DNA of 50,058 nucleotides from positions 142,635 to 192,692 of the forward strand of contig JABJOE010000009.1 of NCBI GenBank assembly GCA_018664485.1. The letters run 5' to 3'. The notes below the pieces were generated by a model. It made no database searches and was not told the DNA's origin. It saw only the letters and a list, made by a program, of their open reading frames with translations. Position numbers and translations under genes: made by a program. Of this stretch, positions 32,878 through 40,050 are shown in pieces. This DNA is from Candidatus Uhrbacteria bacterium. GTDB taxonomy: Bacteria; Patescibacteriota; Patescibacteriia; UBA9934. Position 1 is the stretch's first letter. Each line of letters starts with the position of its first letter.

Positions 32878-32906
32878 ACATTAGCGAATAATAGCCATAT
32901 TGTCAA
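32878..32906 (-). promoter_or_regulatory. sigma70-type promoter immediately after the C39-like gene stop
   Basis: Minus strand reads TTGACA (32901-32906), a 17-nt spacer, then TAATGT (32878-32883). Confidence 0.5.
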
Positions 32907-32911
32907 TAGGA

Positions 32912-33817
32912 CTATGGAGCCAACAAGATAACGCGCTTTGCCCCATTAGCCGGATCACCATCATTCCAATCTCCCATCGCAGCCATCACTACATCGATGT
33001 CGTACACATAATCCTGACCACGCTTCGTACCCGGATCATTCACTATAAACTGGTCTTCCGTATAACCCTTAATAACAAACATGTGGTACAAAGGTCCGTC
33101 GCCACTAAAATACGGATTACCAAGTTCCTTTCCGGCAGCAGGCACAATCACAGGCCTCCCCGCGGCGATCTCTTTTTTAATCAACTCAACTGAAGGGTCC
33201 TCCTCTACTATTACTGTCATGTTATAAAACAAATCGATGAACTCCCGAGTTTGCTCAGCGGTAGTATCTAAGTAATGCCCGAATAGATCATTTTGAAAAT
33301 CTACTAAGTCCCAGATCGCTTCATCGGCATCACCCGGATCAACAAGCCCTGACGGCTCCCCCTGAAAATACAACCAAACCATGTACGCTGACGCTTCCTC
33401 GCAAGCCTCCTGATAAGGCAGATCCCAGTTTGCATACGGAGCCTGCGACGTAAACGGTACAGCAAGATTGAAAGTAAGTGGCAAAGCATCTTCATCGTCA
33501 GACGCGTCTTCTTGATCAACAATCCCCTCACCCTCACCCTCTCCTTCCCCATCATCAACAATAACCTCCGCTTCGCCAATATCCTCTATTGAATCCCCAG
33601 CCACATCTTCCACGTCGTCTGTCTCTTCCTCTACGATATCTTCAGGCGTATCCTCTGGCGCGTCATCAACAACCTCAAGATCCAATAGATCTGTAACCTC
33701 TTGATAACCGACTTCGTCTACATCTAAACGAATGTCTTCTTCGCTTGAGCCCGTCCACCACCAAAAACCACCAACAACCAAAAGTATAATAAGCAATTTA
33801 ACTATTCCGCGGAGCAT
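32912..33817 (-). CDS. membrane-anchored peptidase C39-like (papain-fold) protein
   Basis: N-terminal TM and an acidic linker. VPFTSQAPYANWDLPYQEACEEAS (candidate Cys) and GPLYHMFVIKGY (candidate His) recall C39_2 / YvpB-type proteins. Confidence 0.6.
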   Translation of the reverse strand: MLRGIVKLLIILLVVGGFWWWTGSSEEDIRLDVDEVGYQEVTDLLDLEVVDDAPEDTPEDIVEEETDDVEDVAGDSIEDIGEAEVIVDDGEGEGEGEGIVDQEDASDDEDALPLTFNLAVPFTSQAPYANWDLPYQEACEEASAYMVWLYFQGEPSGLVDPGDADEAIWDLVDFQNDLFGHYLDTTAEQTREFIDLFYNMTVIVEEDPSVELIKKEIAAGRPVIVPAAGKELGNPYFSGDGPLYHMFVIKGYTEDQFIVNDPGTKRGQDYVYDIDVVMAAMGDWNDGDPANGAKRVILLAP

Positions 33818-34011
33818 ATACCTTGTTCGCTATCCCAGGTTGCGCCTGAGAAAATACAATAAAGTTCTTCGTCTGAAGTTTGATAATATTCACCACCCCG
33901 CATTTTCTGCACAATACCGAGTACAAGAGCTACTAGCAATACTGCCAACACTAAATATATCTTTGATCTTGTCAGTTCAGTTGATTTTGGTTTTCTCTTA
34001 AAGATTCCCAT
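33802..34011 (-). CDS. hypothetical single-TM protein (69 aa)
   Basis: ORF track. TM IYLVLAVLLVALVLGIV. It overlaps the next gene by 16 nt. Confidence 0.5.
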   Translation of the reverse strand: MGIFKRKPKSTELTRSKIYLVLAVLLVALVLGIVQKMRGGEYYQTSDEELYCIFSGATWDSEQGICSAE

Positions 34012-34028
34012 ATATTTATTCGTGAAGG

Positions 34029-34203
34029 CTGTAGTTAGTCTGAGCGAGCGATCGTTCGGGCTGGCTATCTTCTTAGATCATTCGATGCATGCTGTAGACG
34101 AAAATGACAAAGGGTGACGAAACATAGTAGTGCTACGTTGAGGAACCATTGGACATTTGCAGACACAGCAGGCGCGAATGAGGCAAGGATATAGTTAGTC
34201 TGA
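34029..34203 (-). repeat. intergenic palindrome element, copy F, flanked by a duplicated gene end
   Basis: TAGTTAGTCTGA at 34032-34043 and 34192-34203 (offset 160). The interior has CCTCAACGTA, CGTCTAC and GCATCGAATGATCTAAG blocks of the family (minus-strand reading). Confidence 0.7.
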
Positions 34204-35589
34204 ACGATCACCTACCGCCCAATTCCGCAGCAACCACGTAGCACGAACATCGTCCTCGTTATAATCAATCGTATCTTGCAGCGCTTGTTCGTCTTTATTA
34301 TCCAAAAACTCGTGATACCACACAACCGAATTCTGCCCAGAAGCCTCAGGATGACGCCAAGAAAATCCAAGATACTTTGCAACATCTTTAAGCGAATAGA
34401 ATGACAACGGGAAGATCACACTCTCACGCAATCGAGGTAGCACATCTACCATACGTTCTTCGAACTGCTTTGCAATCCGATCTGGCACTCCGTACTTTAC
34501 TCCCATTCGTCTAAATACATCCAACTCATACCAACCATAGTGATACATCCGAGCATCTGGATAATCATCAATGAAGAGCAAGAATTCCTGCCACATCCTA
34601 CCCTCTTCCTCGGGAGTACGTGCCAAAAATGGAATATATTCTTCAACGTCACCGTTAATGCGTAGTACACCGATCAAATAATGTATGTCGCGTAATGGGT
34701 CGCTTTCAATATCAATCACTAGAACTACTCCATTCTCTGGCGGCAAATCAACAGGCCCTACAAAAATAACTTTGTTTTCTTTCAAAGATTCTGCCTGCTT
34801 CTGCAAAAATAGCGCACGGTCTTTTGTAACACCTGGAATCGCTTTGATCTGCTTTTCAGGAGCTTCCGCTAAATCAGTAACCGTATTTATAGACACTGCC
34901 TTAAGCGCATCCATCTCACTTCGCCATATACGATTAATAAGTGAAAGATGATCACATTCCTGAACTTCTTTGTGAAGTTTTTGGAACCACGGAGAATTCT
35001 TTGCAGCTGATGTTAAAAATGGTTCCGGCCGCTCACCGTCAACGATCCTCTCAATGTCATCAAGAGTAAGACGATAGTTCGCGTACACCTCATCGATTAA
35101 ATAACCCTCAACAACTCGATCAGCTCGCATCACATAACCTTGTACAGGTCGCAGTCCCTGAATCTCTTTTAATATATCTGCGTAAAAAGCTCCTTGGAAT
35201 CTATATTCATCCTTAAGATGGCGAGATCGTTTAATGTCGCATGCAACATAATAATAATCTCCCAGTTTAGAATCACCCTCAACACGCTCTAGAATATCTG
35301 GCTGTGCTACATGACGGCCATGCATAAGAACGCCACGATAGATAGTCTCGACCCCTTTCGCCATGAGCTCAAGGGTTTTTACAGAAGCTTCATCCAAATC
35401 AGGCAAATCGACCTCCTCTACTTTTCTATCCGAAAGTAGGATGCGAGCCTGTTCTTTTATCAAGCCCTCGTCTTGAAGCAGTTTAATGAGTGGCACGCGG
35501 ATATCTTCACCCTCCTGTGCTTCGTGATACAACCACGTTGGACACTTCATGTACTGATAAAAGGCGTGCTGGGTAATACGTTTTGACAT
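34195..35589 (-). CDS. RecB-like (PD-(D/E)xK, TM0106-type) nuclease fused to an RNase-H-like exonuclease domain, apparently leaderless
   Basis: Start MSKRITQHAFYQYMKCPTWLYH at 35587-35589. YYYVACDIKRS (nuclease core) and LVIDIESDP (DEDD-like). TATAAT lies 6 nt upstream of the ATG. Confidence 0.75.
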   Translation of the reverse strand: MSKRITQHAFYQYMKCPTWLYHEAQEGEDIRVPLIKLLQDEGLIKEQARILLSDRKVEEVDLPDLDEASVKTLELMAKGVETIYRGVLMHGRHVAQPDILERVEGDSKLGDYYYVACDIKRSRHLKDEYRFQGAFYADILKEIQGLRPVQGYVMRADRVVEGYLIDEVYANYRLTLDDIERIVDGERPEPFLTSAAKNSPWFQKLHKEVQECDHLSLINRIWRSEMDALKAVSINTVTDLAEAPEKQIKAIPGVTKDRALFLQKQAESLKENKVIFVGPVDLPPENGVVLVIDIESDPLRDIHYLIGVLRINGDVEEYIPFLARTPEEEGRMWQEFLLFIDDYPDARMYHYGWYELDVFRRMGVKYGVPDRIAKQFEERMVDVLPRLRESVIFPLSFYSLKDVAKYLGFSWRHPEASGQNSVVWYHEFLDNKDEQALQDTIDYNEDDVRATWLLRNWAVGDRSD

Positions 35590-35639
35590 AGGCACATTAT
35601 AACAGACCAAGCGAAAACACGTGCAAATCTCGCCCACCG

Positions 35640-35696
35640 CCAGCAATACGCAACCCGGTTGCGTATTTATCTGAAAACCAGAAACCGCCCACACCA
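35640..35696. repeat. 57-bp direct repeat, downstream copy (right after the cassette cargo)
   Basis: Aligns gap-free to 36410-36466 at an offset of 770, about 49/57 identical. It contains the hairpin AATACGCAAcccggTTGCGTATT and GAAACCGCCC. Confidence 0.9.
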
Positions 35697-35732
35697 CGAG
35701 GGATGCAGACGGTAACGATGAGCCCAGGCGGG

Positions 35733-36332
35733 CTAGAGAAACAGGTGAACTCGGACGAAGGTCTCGGACGCCGCACCGTCTTCCGCAAAGCGGACGCGCA
35801 CAGTCGTATCGAGGCCAAAGTATCCGGACTCAGACCGCAGAAGGATGTTCGGACCAGCTCCCACGCTGCTCGTCGCAGCAAAGTCGGTCAAGCCGCCATA
35901 GCCCTCGTACTCGGCGCCGATGTGAATATAGTCCGTGAGCTTGCGCTCCCACTGGCCGAAAGCATAGAAAGACCAGCTCTGCGGCTGAACTTCGAAATCG
36001 AACCAGCCGTAGCTGCTCTCGACATTGGGGTACAAGCGCAGTGCCGTGATGACCTCGTTGCTTCCGAAAGCATATCCTACTGTCGGTCGCACGCCCATCC
36101 ACTCAGGGCCAAGGCCCGTAAGCTCGATTACCGCTACTGGCGTGAGTCCGTCACTAGTCTTCGCCAGATTGGGGCTCAGAATCGCATGAGGAGCGAGCCC
36201 AATGTTCTCGGTCAGCGGAACGCTTGAGTGAATCAACAGCCGAAAACCGGCTTCCGGCAACGCATACGCGGGGGCACCCCACATAGCGAAGGCCGCCAAA
36301 ATGAACGCCATCAAACCGTGTACTCGATGCAT
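35733..36332 (-). CDS. secreted beta-strand-rich protein (outer-membrane beta-barrel-like), cassette cargo
   Basis: SD GGGAGGG before ATG 36330-36332. Signal MHRVHGLMAFILAAFAMWGAPAYA. Alternating hydrophobic pattern (YIHIGAEYEGY, TVRVRFAEDG, TFVRVHLFL). 59 G+C in 100 nt by hand count. Confidence 0.75.
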   Translation of the reverse strand: MHRVHGLMAFILAAFAMWGAPAYALPEAGFRLLIHSSVPLTENIGLAPHAILSPNLAKTSDGLTPVAVIELTGLGPEWMGVRPTVGYAFGSNEVITALRLYPNVESSYGWFDFEVQPQSWSFYAFGQWERKLTDYIHIGAEYEGYGGLTDFAATSSVGAGPNILLRSESGYFGLDTTVRVRFAEDGAASETFVRVHLFL

Positions 36333-36366
36333 GATCCCTCCCGGGTGTGAGTTGCAAGGAGAGATG

Positions 36367-36394
36367 AACTTAGCACTTTTCCCCCTTTTGTCAA
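36367..36394 (-). promoter_or_regulatory. cassette promoter
   Basis: Minus strand reads TTGACA (36389-36394), a 16-nt spacer, then TAAGTT (36367-36372). Confidence 0.6.
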
Positions 36395-36409
36395 CCCTAC
36401 AAACCCCTA

Positions 36410-36466
36410 CCAACAATACGCAACCCGGTTGCGTATATACCGCAAAACTAGAAACCGCCCGCGCCA
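36410..36466. repeat. 57-bp direct repeat, upstream copy (3' half of the ppiB terminator plus hairpin)
   Basis: See 35640-35696. Together with 36467-36490 it forms a complete 12-bp-stem terminator plus T-run for ppiB. Confidence 0.9.
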
Positions 36467-36515
36467 TATAGGCACGAGCGGCTTTTCTTTTCTATTTCTT
36501 CTGATTTGCCGGCAA

Positions 36516-37145
36516 CTACTTACCAGCAACGACCTTCTCTTCAATAGCCACTGTAGTCATAACATCACCAACGGCAATAGCGTCAACAACATCCATACCT
36601 TCAGTAACCTCTCCGAAAATTGTGTAAAGATGAGGTAGCGCAACGTCATCCAACATCACGAAAAACTGACTTCCGTTTGTATTTGGACCTGCGTTTGCCA
36701 TAGCAACCGTTCCACGAGTGTACTCACGGTCGTCTCCAAGCTCATCTGCGAACTTGTACCCCGGACCACCTGTACCTGTTCCGTTTGGATCTCCACCTTG
36801 GATTACAAATCCTTCTTCACGACGGTGGAATGTCAAACCATCATAGTACCCTTCACCTGCAAGGTATACGAAGTTAGAAACTGTATTAGGTGCTGTGTCT
36901 GCAAATAATGTAAACACGATGTCTCCCTTATCTGTTGTAAGGCGAATCTGCTTACCTTCGATCTGATCTGCAGCGAGTGTACCTGGAAATTCGTATGTCA
37001 TAGTTTCGTTTTGAGTTGAATCATCTTGTGTATCTTCTTGCGTCCCCTCTACTACCTCAGTGTCTTCCTGTGTTTCGTCAACAGCAGTAGAACACCCTCC
37101 TCCAACGAGCATAAGCCCGACAAATGCGTATGTGAATTTATTCAT
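36516..37145 (-). CDS. ppiB: cyclophilin-type peptidyl-prolyl isomerase, lipoprotein
   Basis: MNKFTYAFVGLMLVGGGCS lipobox. FHRREEGFVIQGGDPNGTGTGGPGYKF...GTVAMANAGPNTNGSQFFV. Confidence 0.9.
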   Translation of the reverse strand: MNKFTYAFVGLMLVGGGCSTAVDETQEDTEVVEGTQEDTQDDSTQNETMTYEFPGTLAADQIEGKQIRLTTDKGDIVFTLFADTAPNTVSNFVYLAGEGYYDGLTFHRREEGFVIQGGDPNGTGTGGPGYKFADELGDDREYTRGTVAMANAGPNTNGSQFFVMLDDVALPHLYTIFGEVTEGMDVVDAIAVGDVMTTVAIEEKVVAGK

Positions 37146-37213
37146 AGAATGGCAGCTTACACTATTTTTAGGAAAAACAAAAATGTGATTTTCACCACAT
37201 TTCCGTCAAATAA

Positions 37214-37510
37214 TTACTTTACTTGTGTCTGCAAATGAGAGATCTCGGCAGCCTGATTATTCAATGCCCACACACTTGTTACAAGGACAGCTGATAGCGA
37301 GAACACTAGAATCAACAGCATACTTACCAACTCAATACTACCTACTGGCAGATGATCGCAGCTTCCACATGATGCCGGCGCTGACGGAACTGGCTCTGGT
37401 GTATCGTTTACCGGAGCAACCGACATTCGCTTCTTTTTACATGCGCGAACATGTGATGATAGGCCTCCAGCGCTCTTGGCCTTGAAAGAACAGTGTGTAC
37501 AATTAGACAT
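37214..37510 (-). CDS. hypothetical zinc-finger-like plus TM protein (98 aa)
   Basis: SD GGGGGA. CTHCSFKAKSAGGLSSHVRAC is C2HC-like. C-terminal TM. Confidence 0.55.
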   Translation of the reverse strand: MSNCTHCSFKAKSAGGLSSHVRACKKKRMSVAPVNDTPEPVPSAPASCGSCDHLPVGSIELVSMLLILVFSLSAVLVTSVWALNNQAAEISHLQTQVK

Positions 37511-37539
37511 AGAAATCCCCCTAATGAACGCTTATATTT

Positions 37540-37640
37540 GGACCATTTTCAGTTTCCAGCTGTGCTCCTCAACAACGTACCAATGGGTACGCTTTTCTAC
37601 GGTGCTCGCTGCGCACCGAAACTGATCTCAAATGTAAACG
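37540..37640 (+). repeat. intergenic palindrome element, copy E (opposite orientation to the other copies)
   Basis: Plus strand reads GGACCATTTT...CCTCAACAACGTACCaatGGGTACGC...GCGCACCGAAACTGATCTCAAATGTAAACG. Confidence 0.7.
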
Positions 37641-37667
37641 TTCTAAATTTATATTAAGATGTTCAAA

Positions 37668-38387
37668 TTATAACACAGGTTCTAAAATGGCCCCTTCACC
37701 ACACCCATACTCATCCACAACCCACTCTCCAACAAAGCGAAATTCGACTAAAGTCTCTACATCATCAACAAGTACACGAACTGAATGATCCAACTCAGAG
37801 CGCTCGTGAACATTACCGTGTCCGATCACACCGCTACAACCTCCAATTTCATCCTTTTGCTTAACACGCAGTACAAATCCGTCATCTCCAACTACACCAA
37901 CGGCTATCTCATACCCAACAGCATTTAACGGAGCCATAGCCAAAAGCTCGTCGTACTTAGATACAAAATCTGGAACTTCTATTTCTGTTTGTGGGAATAA
38001 GCCAAAGCCTCCAAGACGTGTAGTCACCGAGAAAACAATCTCATCGTTCGTTTGAGTGTCCACCTCAACCGGCTCCCACATATCAATATCTGCATTCCAC
38101 CAATATAGTAAATATCCCTGCGCTCCAGCGGAGACGAGATCGAATGTAATCGTGTACGGCTCATCTACATGTGTAAATTCAGGTCCGATACTGTATCGAA
38201 GTGGGTTTGTAGATGTTATAGAAATCGGCTGCTGCTCAAGCCACTCACCCGTCACCGTCACAACACCGTCGGAGCTCACCGCAACAGAATCCTCAGGTTC
38301 AGACACGAAAATAAAACTAATCGAAATAATCGCAATCAAAACAATCGCAACAATAGAAAAAACCTCCTTAAGCTTTACTGAGTTCAT
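37668..38387 (-). CDS. hypothetical membrane-anchored protein, apparently leaderless
   Basis: ATG 38385-38387 (MNSVKLKEVFSIVAIVLIAIISISFIF) lies exactly 6 nt downstream of TATAAT (38394-38399). Confidence 0.65.
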   Translation of the reverse strand: MNSVKLKEVFSIVAIVLIAIISISFIFVSEPEDSVAVSSDGVVTVTGEWLEQQPISITSTNPLRYSIGPEFTHVDEPYTITFDLVSAGAQGYLLYWWNADIDMWEPVEVDTQTNDEIVFSVTTRLGGFGLFPQTEIEVPDFVSKYDELLAMAPLNAVGYEIAVGVVGDDGFVLRVKQKDEIGGCSGVIGHGNVHERSELDHSVRVLVDDVETLVEFRFVGEWVVDEYGCGEGAILEPVL

Positions 38388-38401
38388 ATTGTAATTATAG
38401 C

Positions 38402-38459
38402 AGAAAAGCAAGACACCGGTGCACTCTGCAAACCACGAGGGGTTCAAAGAGCGCACCGG
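38402..38459 (-). terminator. long hairpin terminator downstream of metK
   Basis: Minus strand reads CCGGTGCGCTCT...AGAGTGCACCGGtgtcttgctttt. Confidence 0.6.
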
Positions 38460-38461
38460 CG

Positions 38462-38500
38462 CAGGATTCGGTTGACGCGGCAGGAGACTTCGCTGTGATT
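38462..38500 (-). repeat. partial copy G of the element family
   Basis: Plus strand GGATTCGGTTGACGCGGCAGGAGACTTCGC compares with copy A AGTTTCGGTGAGCGGGTGGCGGGCAAGGAGACGCC. Confidence 0.45.
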
Positions 38501-38672
38501 TCCGTTAGGCTCATTGAGTGCCAGAGGAGGGACATTGCCCAGCGGTCCGCCTTGCGTATGTCTTACCGAAAAGATTGATATGGAGAACATATCTCAGCAA
38601 AAGTCTTCTTCGAATCAGTCCGAAAACTTCTTTTAAGATATACCCTCTAAATGAAAGAACGACGTTATACTA

Positions 38673-39740
38673 TTACGATTCAGAACTGTTGTCAACAGCC
38701 CCTTTCTTCTCTGTACGCTCCCAAGACACCTCATCCCGCCCAAACTGACCATAAGTAGCTAACGCCTGGTATACGGGCTTTTGAAGATCCAACCTCTCAA
38801 CAATTGCTTCTGGCCGAAAATCAAACTCTTCCTTTACAAGTTCGCTCAAATCTTCTCCCTTTCCAGTCTTCACCTCAAGGCAAACAGGCTCCGAACGCCC
38901 GATAGCATAGCTTGCGTGAACAAGAACATTACCGGCAAGACCACGTGCAACAAGCTGCTTTGCAACATGGCGCGACATATACGTCGCAGCACGACTAGGT
39001 CGCAACGGGTCACGCCCAATGAACGCCGCTCCACCATATGGCAATAATCCACCATATGTATCTGACAAAACTTTCCGTCCAGACGCACCCGCACTTGCCA
39101 TGAACCCTCCAGTCTCAAAAGATCCAGATGAGTTAATAAACACCTGCACCCCATCAGTTGCACCCAAGATAGGTTCAATAGCTTGTGATAAAATTGCAGA
39201 CTGGATTTGAGGCTGCTGAATCTCTCTTGTATGTTGAACGAGTAATGTAACGGCAACCACTCGCTCGCCATCCATAGTCAGCTGAATCTTTCCATCAGGT
39301 TTCAAAAAACTAAACATCGGATCATGCTTGCGCAGATCATCTACACGACGCGCCAAGGAACTCGCGTACACCAACGAACGCGGAAGCATCTCTCGCGTTT
39401 CCTTCGTAGCATACCCATATACAACACATGTACCCTGAGCCCCTCCGCTTACAATTCGTCTTGCCAAGTCCTCGCTCGGACGTTCGATATTTATAAAAGG
39501 CTCCAGATCATCCGTGTAACCGATTTCTTTATATACTTTTTTTGCAATTGATGAGGCATCAAAGTCAGCCTTAGAGTCAACAGTTCCAGCGATCATCAAC
39601 ATACCGTGTGAACCGCATGCCTTAAGGCTTACGCGACTCTTGGGATCGCGACGCAAATATTCGTCGAGAAGAGCCTCGACGATCTGATCACACACCTTAT
39701 CTGGATGCCCGGCAAGCGGGACTTCAACTGTCTTTAACAT
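38673..39740 (-). CDS. metK: S-adenosylmethionine synthetase (short form)
   Basis: AGHPDKVCDQIVEALLDEYL plus downstream MetK-like blocks. 355 aa. Confidence 0.85.
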   Translation of the reverse strand: MLKTVEVPLAGHPDKVCDQIVEALLDEYLRRDPKSRVSLKACGSHGMLMIAGTVDSKADFDASSIAKKVYKEIGYTDDLEPFINIERPSEDLARRIVSGGAQGTCVVYGYATKETREMLPRSLVYASSLARRVDDLRKHDPMFSFLKPDGKIQLTMDGERVVAVTLLVQHTREIQQPQIQSAILSQAIEPILGATDGVQVFINSSGSFETGGFMASAGASGRKVLSDTYGGLLPYGGAAFIGRDPLRPSRAATYMSRHVAKQLVARGLAGNVLVHASYAIGRSEPVCLEVKTGKGEDLSELVKEEFDFRPEAIVERLDLQKPVYQALATYGQFGRDEVSWERTEKKGAVDNSSES

Positions 39741-39765
39741 TTTTCAAGATAGTGGTTAGTTCGGA

Positions 39766-39794
39766 AGATTATCATTCCAAACATCTTGGGTCAA
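39766..39794 (-). promoter_or_regulatory. metK promoter
   Basis: Minus strand reads TTGACC (39789-39794), a 17-nt spacer, then TAATCT (39766-39771). The leader is only about 25 nt. Confidence 0.55.
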
Positions 39795-39847
39795 TAAAGG
39801 CTGTAAAAATAAGCTTATAATTTACTTATCCACATCCTTGAGCTTGT

Positions 39848-39862
39848 GTTCGGTTTTTGTTC
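39848..39862 (+). promoter_or_regulatory. GTTC-N7-GTTC direct repeat (candidate LexA box 1)
   Basis: GTTCggtttttGTTC lies in the spacer of a candidate plus-strand promoter whose extended -10 is TGTAGAAT (39864-39871). Confidence 0.4.
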
Positions 39863-39873
39863 GTGTAGAATAA

Positions 39874-39888
39874 GAACAGATGGCGAAC
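39874..39888 (-). promoter_or_regulatory. GTTC-N7-GTTC direct repeat (candidate LexA box 2)
   Basis: Plus strand GAACagatggcGAAC. Part of the 16-mer AACAGATGGCGAACGT, which is repeated at 40037-40052. Confidence 0.4.
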
Positions 39889-40035
39889 GTACTTCCTAAA
39901 TAAAAATGAAAGATATTTATTTCAGATGCTCGAATCATTCTAAAATGATACCGGATGTATCATGAGGAATGGCGAGAGATATATGAGATCAATATAATCA
40001 ATTTTAGGCAGGGATGACGTCCGGCGTCTGTTCTA

Positions 40036-40050
40036 CAACAGATGGCGAAC
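40036..40050 (-). promoter_or_regulatory. degenerate third box (CAAC-N7-GAAC)
   Basis: CAACagatggcGAAC, about 85 nt upstream of the lexA ATG. Confidence 0.3.

Noticed and set aside
35590-35697. N-terminal extensions of ORFs 34195..35697 and 35733..36467, which look homologous (AVSGFQINTQPGCVLL vs AVSSFAVYTQPGCVLL)
   Set aside because: They are translations of the 57-bp direct repeat. The true starts are the ATGs at 35589 (TATAAT-N6-ATG) and 36332 (GGGAGGG SD).
39741-39794. SAM riboswitch upstream of metK
   Set aside because: The predicted promoter leaves only a leader of about 25 nt, and no S-box-like helices are present.
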